Assembly: GCA_014905635.1 (NCBI GenBank)
Contig: JABVCE010000010.1
Span: forward strand, 930,001-994,000
DNA: 64,000 bases
Direction of reading: 5' to 3'
DNA from: Scenedesmus sp. PABB004
Taxonomy: Eukaryota
Part shown: positions 11,323-21,542 of the stretch, one piece after another
Numbering within the stretch: the first letter of the stretch is position 1
Layout of the letters: each line of letters starts with the position of its first letter
Made by a program: the position numbers and the translations under genes
Notes under the pieces: model-generated
Database searches by the model: none
What the model was told of the DNA's origin: nothing
The model's input: only the letters and a program-made list of their open reading frames with translations

Positions 11323-12253
11323 GACGGTAGCCGCGTTGGCGGGCCGATGGAGTTGTTGGCGGATGTCTCCCACGTCACGCCGCGCCGTAGACGCGCGCAC
11401 GCACGAGGTGTACGGACGCCCCGCCTAGATGTCCGATGCACGCGGCCGAGACGTACGCACACCTACGTACGGCGCGGGCGCGGGCGGACGGCGAAGGGGG
11501 CAAGGCCCCTTTGAAGTTAGCTCGGGTTTGGAGACACGAGGCGCGCGCTAGCGTAGCGTGCGAGCGTAGCCGAGGCGCACGCGCGGGCGCAAGAGCGGCC
11601 GGGCGCGAGCGCGGCGCGCGTTACGAGTTGGTCGAGGGCGCCGAGGGTCGTAGGGGCGCGAGGGTCGAGGGCGCCGAGAGTCGTAGGGGCGCGAGGGTCG
11701 AGGGCGCCGAGGGTCGTAGGGGCGCGGGTCGAGGGATGTCCTCCAACGTCACGCCGCCGTGTAGACACGCACGCCCAAGGTGCACGGACGCCCGCCTTGA
11801 TGACCGATGCGCACGGCCGGGTCGTACGTACACCTGTGAGCGGCGCGGGCGGGCGGACGGACGAAGGGCCGAGGCCCTTGAGCGTGAGAAGAGGCAAAGT
11901 CGGCGCGAGAAGGGCCGACGTCGAGCGCGCGGCGCCGAGTAGATCGAGCGCGGCGCGGGAAGCGCGACGGAGCGCGACGGAGCGCAAACGAGCACGCGCG
12001 AGCAAGCGCGGCGCGATTTACTGCGTTTGACGAGGGCGACTCAAGTAAGAGAAGTCGCGGACAAGGGGTGATGGCCTCTGCCAAGCGCCAAGTAGACAAT
12101 AGGGCTCTCGAATAGGACGGTGGAGGTCGCAGGATCGAATCTGGGGCCTTCTTTTTGGGCCGCTTGACGGAGGCCTCCGGCGCTCCGCGGAGTTGTCGAG
12201 TTGCCGGAGCGATGCGCGCGAAGCCTCCGCGATGCCTTTAGAGCACCGGGGAT

Positions 12254-12265
12254 GGGCTCATAACC
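12254..12265 (-). other. Primer-binding site GGTTATGAGCCC, complementary to the tRNAiMet anticodon arm
   Basis: Abuts the 5' LTR. The plus strand reads GGGCTCATAACC, the initiator tRNA anticodon stem-loop. Confidence 0.85.
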
Positions 12266-12619
12266 TCTTGGTCGGAGTAGGCGCGGTTGTTGCCGGCTAG
12301 AGGAGCGAGTCGACAACGGCGGAGAGCAGCGGTTGGCCAACGAGAGAGCACGGAGACACAAGTGAAGGAGCAAAGGTTACATGTGCGTGGTGAAGAGACT
12401 CCTTAGGCAAACGGGGCGGGCGCACGGAGCTATATAGCCGAAACGGTATCGGTAATCGCAGCTTCTCGGCGGCTGCCGGTAGCTGCGCCGTAAGCAGCTT
12501 CCACCGCGGTTAGCACCTTCCACAAGAGCCCAACTAAGGCCCAATGTTCCGAGTAGCTTCCTTTAGGCTCCATGCACGCAATGGGGTGAGTGTGCGGCCG
12601 AAAACACGCACTCTCATCA
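12266..12619 (-). repeat. Copia 5' LTR
   Basis: In element orientation it begins TGATGAGAG and ends CCGACCAAGA. Confidence 0.97.
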
Positions 12620-12815
12620 GGCTCGCCGCACCGGAAGGGGGGGGTGCGGCCTGATCTGCTGCTGCCCCTTTGATTGCGGGGCATCACCTGGTCTCCTTGG
12701 GCGCCCGTTGGGCGTTGGCCTCTGGCTGTGCCGTTGGGTGATGTGTGGGCCCCCTCTCGGGGGGCGCCGGGGCGCGGTTTTTCACGAGGGGTTGCTGCGC
12801 TCTTCCCGTTGGACC

Positions 12816-13046
12816 TTTTTTTTTTTTTTTTTTTATTTTACAATGGGTGACCAGACAAGGACCGAGGCCCAGGGGCAGCCCACTGAAAAAAGCTCCAACG
12901 GGAAGAGCGCAGCAACCCCTCGTGAAAAACCGCGCCCCGGCGCCCCCCGAGAGGGGGCACACACATCACCCAACGGCACAGCCAGAGGCCAACGCCCAAC
13001 GGGCGCCCAAGGAGACCAGGTGATGCCCCGCAATCAAAGGGGCAGC
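12816..13046 (-). mobile_element. 5'-truncated LINE 3' end, copy F
   Basis: Poly(T) followed by ~210 bp of the 3' UTR, running into the satellite. Confidence 0.9.
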
Positions 13047-14339
13047 TGCAAGGTGCTGCCCGGCCACGGGCTGCGCCGCCGAGCGCCGCCGCCGGCGGCC
13101 GCGCCGCGCCGCGGGCCGCGCGCCGCCCGCGCGCGCGCCGCTCGGCGGCGCCGCGGCGCAGCGCTGCCGGGCGCCGTTCCCCCTGCCCCGCCGCCCCTGC
13201 GCAGCGGAGGTGCGCGGCTGCAAGGTGCTGCCCGGCCACGGGCTGCGCCGCCGAGCGCCGCCGCCGGCGGCCGCGCCGCGCCGCGGGCCGCGCGCCGCCC
13301 GCGCGCGCGCCGCTCGGCGGCGCCGCGGCGCAGCGCTGCCGGGCGCCGTTCCCCCTGCCCCGCCGCCCCTGCGCAGCGGAGGTGCGCGGCTCCAAGGTGC
13401 TGCCCGGCCACGGGCTGCGCCGCCGAGCGCCGCCGCCGGCGGCCGCGCCGCGCCGCGGGCCGCGCGCCGCCCGCGCGCGCGCGCCGCTCGGCGGCGCCGC
13501 GGCGCAGCGCTGCCGGGCGCGGTTTTTTTTTTTTTTTTTTTGGTTACAATGGGTGACCAGACAAGGACCGAGGCCCAGGGGCAGCCCACTGCCGGGCGCC
13601 GTTCCCCCTGCCCCGCCGCCCCTGCGCAGCGGAGGTGCGCGGCTCCAAGGTGCTGCCCGGCCACGGGCTGCGCCGCCGAGCGCCGCCGCCGGCGGCCGCG
13701 CCGCGCCGCGGGCCGCGCGCCGCCCGCGCGCGCGCCGCTCGGCGGCGCCGCGGCGCAGCGCTGCCGGGCGCCGTTCCCCCTGCCCCGCCGCCCCTGCGCA
13801 GCGGAGGTGCGCGGCTGCAAGGTGCTGCCCGGCCACGGGCTGCGCCGCCGAGCGCCGCCGCCGGCGGCCGCGCCGCGCCGCGGGCCGCGCGCCGCCCGCG
13901 CGCGCGCCGCTCGGCGGCGCCGCGGCGCAGCGCTGCCGGGCGCCGTTCCCCCTGCCCCGCCGCCCCTGCGCAGCGGAGGTGCGCGGCTCCAAGGTGCTGC
14001 CCGGCCACGGGCTGCGCCGCCGAGCGCCGCCGCCGGCGGCCGCGCCGCGCCGCGGGCCGCGCGCCGCCCGCGCGCGCGCCGCTCGGCGGCGCCGCGGCGC
14101 AGCGCTGCCGGGCGCCGTTCCCCCTGCCCCGCCGCCCCTGCGCAGCGGAGGTGCGCGGCTGCAAGGTGCTGCCCGGCCACGGGCTGCGCCGCCGAGCGCC
14201 GCCGCCGGCGGCCGCGCCGCGCCGCGGGCCGCGCGCCGCCCGCGCGCGCGCCGCTCGGCGGCGCCGCGGCGCAGCGCTGCCGGGCGCCGTTCCCCCTGCC
14301 CCGCCGCCCCTGCGCAGCGGAGGTGCGCGGCTGCAAGGT
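13045..14339. repeat. 172-bp satellite, block 2 (~7 monomers, interrupted at 13521-13590)
   Basis: Same monomer and orientation as block 1. Confidence 0.97.
13523..13590 (-). mobile_element. LINE 3' stub G inserted in the satellite
   Basis: Poly(T) plus ~49 bp of the 3' end. ~11-bp TSD CTGCCGGGCGC at 13510-13520 and 13589-13599. Confidence 0.9.
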
Positions 14340-15254
14340 ATTTTTTTTTTTTTTTGTTACAATGGGTGACCAGACAAGGACCGAGGCCCATGGGCAGCCC
14401 ATTGAAAAAAACTCCAACGGGAAGAGCGCAGCAACCCCTCGTGAAAAAACCGCGGCGCGGCGGCTAGCTGCAGGGGCCGGGGGGGTCCGCGGCCGGGCTT
14501 GCTGCGACCCCGGCTGGCTGCGTGTCGCGCCTCTTTTTTTTTTTTTTTTTTTGTTACAATGGGTGACCAGACAAGGACCGAGGCCCAGGGGCAGCCCACT
14601 GAAAAAAGCTCCAACGGGAAGAGCGCAGCAACCCCTCGTGAAAAACCGCGCCCCGGCGCCCCCCGAGAGGGGGCCCACACATCACCCAACGGCACAGCCA
14701 GAGGCCAACGCCCAACGGGCGCCCAAGGAGACCAGGTGATGCCCCGCAATCAAAGGGGCAGCAGCAGATCAGGCCGCACACCCCCCTTCCGGTGCGGCGA
14801 GCCGCACCGGGCATCGGTGCAGCGAGGTGCACCGGCCCCAAGCCTCCGCGCAGAGATCACGCGCAAACGCCATCCACGCTGGCGGCGGCAGGGGCCGGCC
14901 TCAGCGGCATCAGCCCCCGCGCCGCGCGACGACACACGCACACACCAGGGGGCAACAGTTGGCTTTGCTGCAAAAACCCCTGAGAAAGCCGCGCACCGAT
15001 GAGAACACCGCCCCACCGGGCAGGCAGCACGCCAAGCCGCCGCGCACGGAGCGCGCGCAGCCGCCAAACACGCCGGCGGCGCCAGGGGCCGGCCCCATCG
15101 GCAGCAGCCCCCTCGCCGCGCGACGACCAACACGCAGACACCAGCCCCGCGGCACGGGCGGACACCGCCCAACCTTGCACGCTGCAGAAGAGGCGCGACA
15201 CGCAGCCAGCCGGGGTCGCAGCAGCCCGGCCGCGGACCCCCCCGGCCCCTGCAG

Positions 15255-15268
15255 CTAGCCGCCGCGCT

Positions 15269-15299
<31 letters not shown>

Positions 15300-18200
15300 G
15301 GGGTCCTGCGCCGCCGGCGGGGCCAGCGCCGGCGCCGCCGGCAGCGCCGGCACGCCCGCTGCGGTGAGCCGGAACTCCATTGTGAAGCGGCCCCCGTGCT
15401 GGCCCGTGCGCGCGATGACCCCTCGGTGGCACCACCGGCGTTCGAAATCTGCCCGAGTGAGCTCCTTGCCGGAGCCCGACAGCCAGGAGCGCGGCACGCC
15501 CGCCAGCGCGCGCACGTCCATCGCTGCCTTGCGCCAGTCCAGCACGACTGCGTCGCGCACCGAGTACACAAAGATGCGAATCGCCGCCACAGGCGCGTGC
15601 CCGGGCTGGCCGCCGCCGTGCCGCGCGCGCGCGGCGAGCAGGGCGCGCAGCAGCAGCAGGCGGAGGTGCGTCCAGAGCTGCTGCAGCTCCGGCGCGACGC
15701 CCGACCTGGCAAAGTCGTCCGCCAGCATCACCCTGGGCGGGGGCGGCGCGCGCGGGAAGCCCGGCTGCAGCCGCGCCCAGAGGTGAGCAAACCACTGCAG
15801 CACCGCCGCCGCCACGGGGCAGCCGCCGAGGACGTGGCCGAGCGTCTCCAGCGGCGGCTGCTGCTGCGCGCGGCAAAGCGGGTGCGGGCACGCCAGCTCC
15901 GCCAGCTCCGGCGCCGCGCGCTGGTAAGAGAAGACCCTGTCGCCGCTGACGCGCACCCCGCCGTGCAGCAGGCTCCAGCCAAAGTGTCCTTTTTTTTTTT
16001 TTGTTACAATGGGTGACCAGACAAGGACCGAGGCCAGCCAAAGTGTCGCAGGGCGCGCGGCATGCGCGCCTGCTGCGCGCGCGCGTAGCAGGCGGGCCAG
16101 GCGGGCGGCTCCGCGCGCTCGCCGGCGCGCGGCGGCGCAGTCGCACCAGTGAGCGGGTCGACGAGGTCGTTGGCCGCCGGCTCCTGAACCAGGGTCCTGC
16201 GCTGCTGCAGCTGCTGCTCCCGCCGCTGCTCATGCTCCTCGCGCCGCGCCGCGGCGGCAGCGGCCGCCGCCGGCCCGACGCGCTCCATGACGTGGCGCCG
16301 CGGGGGCGAGACTTTCTGCCACGCCGGCAGCCCAGGCTCCGGGTCTGGCGTCTCGGCTCGCTGCCGCTCCGCCCAGCTGCGCTTCTGGCCCGCCTCCCGC
16401 CGCGCGATGGCGCTGGCCGGGCAGGCCTGGCCGTAGCCGGCGCGCCAGAGGCCCGGCACGCAGCCAACGCCGGGCGTCCAGCCCCCTGCCGGCGTGACCT
16501 CGCGCGCGCAGCGCAGCTGCAGCAGCCGCAGGGTCGCGCCGCGCACCGTAAACTGCATGACCGTGGCCGCGTGCCCAAGCCCCCACACGGAGGGGTCGAC
16601 GCGGACGTCAGGCCAGAAGCCCACGAGGCACCATCGCCGCGCCCTGCTGTGCATCTCCGGCTGCTCCGCCGGCGCCGCTGCCCCGGGCGCTCCGGCCGCC
16701 GCGCGCTGCGCGCCCGCCGCTGGCCGCGGCGCCTGCGCCGCGTCCACCACGCAGCAGTCCTCCCACCCCCCCGCCGCGACTATCTCGGGCGGGGGCTCGG
16801 CGGTGCGGAGCCTGCTGTCAGGCCCCACCTCGAAGAAGCTCGCCGCTGCCGCGCCCAGCGCCCACCGCCGTACCCACCGCACGGCGGGCGGCGGCGGCGG
16901 CGGCTGCGGCGGCTGCTCCACCGGCAGCGCCGCCAGCGGCTGCTGGGGCTGCTGCACCACGCCGCCGCCCGGCGACGGCGGCGCCGCGCTGGGCCGCAGC
17001 GCCTGCCAACCCGGCGCGCTCGGCCCGCTGCGCGCGAGCGCCTGCTGCCACTCACCCGGCATGACGACGCCGTCGGCGGCCGGCCGCCACGGCAGGCGCG
17101 GCGCCGCCTGCCCGAGGCTGTCGCTGCGCAGCTCCGCGGGCAGGTCCTCGAGCGACGCGATGCGCGCGCCGCCCAGGGCCGCGCCGACGCTGCAGTTGCC
17201 CACCAGGGCCTCCACCCTGATCTGCTCCACGGTCATGCTGCCGTGGGGGATCACCCGGTGCACGCCGAGAGCCGCAAACGCGCAGGCGATCGCGCCCCAC
17301 CGCCACGGCAGCTGCGCCCGCAGCTCCAGCGCGGTGCCCTGCACGAGGGCGGCGGTGCCCCGGCCAGGCAGCGCGCGCGCGAAGCGCGCCGCCGCGGGTG
17401 GCTTCCAGGCCGCCCCCACCGGGTGCAGCAGCCTGGCGGCCGTCTTGGCCAGCATTGCCGTGGTGAAGGCCGCGACGTCGACCTGCGCCTCGCCGCCCAT
17501 GCTCGCGGGCAGGCACGCGATGGCCGCCCGCGGAACCTGCCTGATAATGCGGTTGTCGCTCGCGCGGATGCACCAGTTGCCGACGATGTAGGCGGTGGTG
17601 ACGCGCCGCTGGATGAGGCGCAGGAGGTCGGCCGGCACCGGCACAAACTGCGCGTGCCAGCCCACGCAGGCCGCGAGCACCTGGCGCGCAACGTGCCGGC
17701 GGCCCGGGCGCGTGAGCGCGTACCGCGACCAGTGCGCGATGCGGCAGGTGATGGTGCGCAGCCGCTCGCGGTAAAGCTGCGCCGCGTGCCGCTCGACGCC
17801 GGTGGCAGAGAGCAGCACGCCCAGGTGCCTGACCGGCGCCTGCTCTGTGTCCGGGAAGCACACGCCCGTGCTGCACTCGACCAGCTGCCCGCTGCCATCC
17901 GGCTGCAGCTGCAGCGCCGGGTGGTCGCCCAGCAGCATGCCCTTGCACTTGGCCAGGTTGAGCTGCGCGCCGCTGGCCAGGCAGAACGGCGCGACGGCGC
18001 CGTCCAGCAGCCGCTTGGCGCTCTCCACTGACGCTGCGTGCAGGGTGGTGTCGTCTGCGTGCTGGTGGCAGCATGGCGCCGGCCCTGCGCCGCCGGGCAG
18101 CTGCAGGCTGGCAAAGCCGGGCTGCCGCTGCACGCGCCGGCACATGGCCGCCAGCGGCTGCGCCGCCAGCACATACAGCAGCGGGCTGAGCGGGCTGCCC

Positions 18201-18717
18201 TGCGCGCAGCCCGACGCCACGCTGAACTCGCGGCTGACATGGCCGCCGTTGAAGGCGACGCGCGCCCGCGTGCCTGCGAGCAGCAGGCGGACCCAGCGCG
18301 TGGTTGCGTCGGGCAGGCCCATGCGCGCGAGGCACCTGAACAGCCAGCCGCGGTCGAGGCGGTCGTAGGCCTTGGCAAAGTCGAGGAACAGCAGGCAGCC
18401 CGGCGCGCGCGTCTCGCGCGCGTGGTCGATCGCCTCCAGGTGCATGAGCACGTTGTCGGCGATGTCCCGGCCCGGCACAAACGCCGTCTGCGTGCCGTCG
18501 ACGATGGAGCCGAGCGCGGGCGCGAGCCGCTGCACGATGGCCTTGGCTGCGATCTTGGTGTCTGCGTTGAGCAGCGTGATGGGGCGGTAGCTGCTGACCG
18601 CCTCGCGCGGCTGGCCGCCCTTGTGGATCAGCGTGACGAGCCCGAGCCGCTGCGTCGCCGCGAGCTGCGGCGCGCCGGCTGCCTGGTTGAGGTAGTGATA
18701 GTTGAAGGCTTGGACGA
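15255..18717 (-). pseudogene. L1-type ORF2 (RT plus C-terminal CCHC), lacking the endonuclease N-terminus and disrupted by stub J
   Basis: YRPITLLNADTKI, QTAFVPGRDIADN, LDFAKAYDR, QGSPLSPLLY, QHADDTT; C-terminal CPHPLC...ETLGHVLGGC. Confidence 0.92.
15990..16033 (-). mobile_element. 44-bp LINE 3' stub J nested in copy I
   Basis: T13 plus 31 bp of the 3' end. 14-bp TSD CCAGCCAAAGTGTC at 15975-15988 and 16034-16047. Confidence 0.93.
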
Positions 18718-20021
18718 GTGTCGCGCCTCTTCTGCAGCGTGCAAGGTTGGGCGGTGTCCGCCCGTGCCGCGGGGCTGGTGTCTGCGTGTTTGTCGTCGCG
18801 CGGCGAGGGGGCTGCAGCCGAAGGGGCCGGCCCCTGGCGCCGCCGGCGTGTTTGGCGGCTGCACGCGCTCCGTGCGCGGCGGCTTGGCGTGCTGCCTGCC
18901 CGGTGGGGCGGCTTTCTCATCGGTGCGCGGCTTTCTCAGGGGTTTTTGCAGCAAAGCCAACTGCTGCCCCCTGGTGTGTGCGTGTGTCGTCGCGCGGCGC
19001 GGGGGCTGATGCCGCTGAGGCCGGCCCCTGCCGCCGCCAGCGTGGATGGCGTTTGCGCGTGATCTTTGCGCGGAGGCTTGGAGCCGGTGCACCTCGCTGC
19101 ACCGATGCCCGGTGCGGCTCGCCGCACCGGAAGGGGGGTGTGCGGCCTGATCTGCTGCTGCCCCTTTGATTGCGGGGCATCACCTGGTCTCCTTGGGCGC
19201 CCGTTGGGCGTTGGCCTCTGGCTGTGCCGTTGGGTGGTGTGTGTGCCCCCTCTCGGGGGGCGCCGGGGCGCGGTTTTTCACGAGGGGTTGCTGCGCTCTT
19301 CCCGTTGGAGTTTTTTTCAATGGGCTGCCCCTGGGCCTCGGTCCTTGTCTGGTCACTCATTGTAACAAAAAAAAAAAAAAAAAACCCTCGTGAAAAACCG
19401 CGCCCCGGCGCCCCCCGAGAGGGGGCCCACACATCACCCAACGGCACAGCCAGAGGCCAACGCCCAACGGGCGCCCAAGGAGACCAGGTGATGCCCCGCA
19501 ATCAAAGGGGCAGCAGCAGATCAGGCCGCACACCCCCCTTCCGGTGCGGCGAGCCGCACCGGGCATCGGTGCAGCGAGGTGCACCGGCTCCAAGCCTCCG
19601 CGCAAAGATCACGCGCAAACGCCATCCACGCTGGCGGCGGCAGGGGCCGGCCTCAGCGGCATCAGCCCCCGCGCCGCGCGACGACACACGCACACACCAG
19701 GGGGCAGCAGTTGGCTTTGCTGCAAAAACCCCTGAGAAAGCCGCGCACCGATGAGAAAGCCGCCCCACCGGGCAGGCAGCACGCCAAGCCGCCGCGCACG
19801 GAGCGCGTGCAGCCGCCAAACACGCCGGCGGCGCCAGGGGCCGGCCCCATCGGCTGCAGCCCCCTCGCCGCGCGACGACAAACACGCAGACACCAGCCCC
19901 GCGGCACGGGCGGACACCGCCCAACCTTGCACGCTGCAGAAGAGGCGCGACACGCAGCCAGCCGGGGTCGCAGCAGGCCCGGCCGCGGACCCCCCGGCCC
20001 CTGCAGCTAGCCGCCGCGCTG

Positions 20022-20053
<32 letters not shown>

Positions 20054-21542
20054 GGTCCTGCGCCGCCGGCGGGGCCAGCGCCGGCGCCGCCGGCAGCGCC
20101 GGCACGCCCGCTGCGGCGAGCCGGAACTCCATTGTGAAGCGGCCCCCGTGCTGGCCCGTGCGCGCGATGACCCCTCGGTGGCACCACCGGCGTTCGAAAC
20201 CTGCCCGAGTGAGCTCCTTGCCGGAGCCCGACAGCCAGGAGCGCGGCACGCCCGCCAGCGCGCGCACGTCCATCGCTGCCTTGCGCCAGTCCAGCACGAC
20301 TGCGTCGCGCACCGAGTACACAAAGATGCGAATCGCCGCCACAGGCGCGTGCCCGGGCTGGCCGCCGCCGTGCCGCGCGCGCGCGGCGAGCAGGGCGCGC
20401 AGCAGCAGCAGGCGGAGGTGCGTCCAGAGCTGCTGCAGCTCCGGCGCGACGCCCGACCTGGCAAAGTCGTCCGCCAGCATCACCCTGGGCGGGGCGGCGC
20501 GCGCGGGAAGCCCGGCTGCAGCCGCGCCCAGAGGTGAGCAAACCACTGCAGCACCGCCGCCGCCACGGGGCAGCCGCCGAGGACGTGGCCGAGCGTCTCC
20601 AGCGGCGGCTGCTGCTGCGCGCGGCAAAGCGGGTGCGGGCACGCCAGCTCCGCCAGCTCCGGCGCCGCGCGCTGGTAAGAGAAGACCCTGTCGCCGCTGA
20701 CGCGCACCCCGCCGTGCAGCAGGCTCCAGCCAAAGTGTCGCAGGGCGCGCGGCATGCGCGCCTGCTGCGCGCGCGCGTAGCAGGCGGCCCAGGCGGGCGG
20801 CTCCGCGCGCTCGCCGGCGCGCGGCGGCGCAGTCGCACCAGTGAGCGGGTCGACGAGGTCGTTGGCCGCCGGCTCCTGAACCAGGGTCCTGCGCCGCTCC
20901 AGCTGCTGCTCCCGCCGCTGCTCATGCTCCTCGCGCCGCGCCGCGGCGGCAGCGGCCGCCGCCGGCCCGACGCGCTCCATGACGTGGCGCCGCGGGGGCG
21001 AGACTTTCTGCCACGCCGGCAGCCCAGGCTCCGGGTCTGGCGTCTCGGCTCGCTGCCGCACCGCCCAGCTGCGCTTCTGGCCCGCCTCCCGCCGCGCGAT
21101 GGCGCTGGCCGGGCAGGCCTGGCCGTAGCCGGCGCGCCAGAGGCCCGGCACGCAGCCAACGCCGGGCGTCCAGCCCCCTGCCGGCGTGACCTCGCGCGCG
21201 CAGCGCAGCTGCAGCAGCCGCAGGGTCGCGCCGCGCACCGTAAACTGCATGACCGTGGCCGCGTGCCCAATCCCCCACACGGAGGGGTCGACGCGGACGT
21301 CAGGCCAGAAGCCCACGAGGCACCATCGCCGCGCCCTGCTGTGCATCTCCGGCTGCTCCGCCGGCGCCGCTGCCCCGGGCGCTCCGGCCGCCGCGCGCTG
21401 CGCGCCCGCCGCTGGCCGCGGCGCCTGCGCCGCGTCCACCACGCAGCAATCCTCCCACCCCCCCGCCGCGACTATCTCGGGCGGGGGCTCGGCGGTGCGG
21501 AGCCTGCTGTCAGGCCCCACCTCGAAGAAGCTCGCCGCTGCC

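Larger units (their letters stand above)
6818..12619 (-). mobile_element. Intact Ty1/Copia LTR retrotransposon (5802 bp)
   Basis: 354-bp LTRs at 6818-7171 and 12266-12619 with 2 mismatches. 5-bp TSD GGCTC at 6813-6817 and 12620-12624. Single gag-pol ORF. Confidence 0.98.
4201..12813 (+). mobile_element. LINE host copy E in four pieces (4201-4554, 5753-6096, 6188-6817, 12620-12813), split by two LINE insertions and one Copia
   Basis: Pieces are collinear with the ORF2 C-terminus (CPHPLC...LETLGHVLGGC zinc finger, stop at 6539) and the 3' UTR. TSDs join the pieces at 4554/5753 and 6817/12620. Confidence 0.85.
14535..18717 (-). mobile_element. Longest LINE copy I (5'-truncated just upstream of the RT), nested in K
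   Basis: TSD GTGTCGCGCCTCT at 14522-14534 and 18718-18730. Poly(T) at 14535. Confidence 0.93.
14455..19384 (+). mobile_element. LINE copy K (14455-14534 plus 18718-19384) nested in H
   Basis: ORF2 stop, 3' UTR and TGTAAC(A)n. TSD CCCTCGTGAAAAACCGCG at 14436-14454 (one extra A) and 19385-19402. Confidence 0.9.

Noticed and set aside
7096..11514. Long plus-strand ORFs opposite the Copia pol
   Set aside because: Antisense shadows of a GC3-rich ORF with no recognisable motifs.
1172..19384. Repeated GTTACAATGGGTGACC... units as a CRISPR array or separate SINE
   Set aside because: They are variable-length 3' ends of the same LINE with poly(A) and TSDs. There are no regular spacers or cas genes.
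20485..20500. Frameshift in LINE copy H
   Set aside because: A single G missing in a homopolymer, which is either ordinary decay or a sequencing error.
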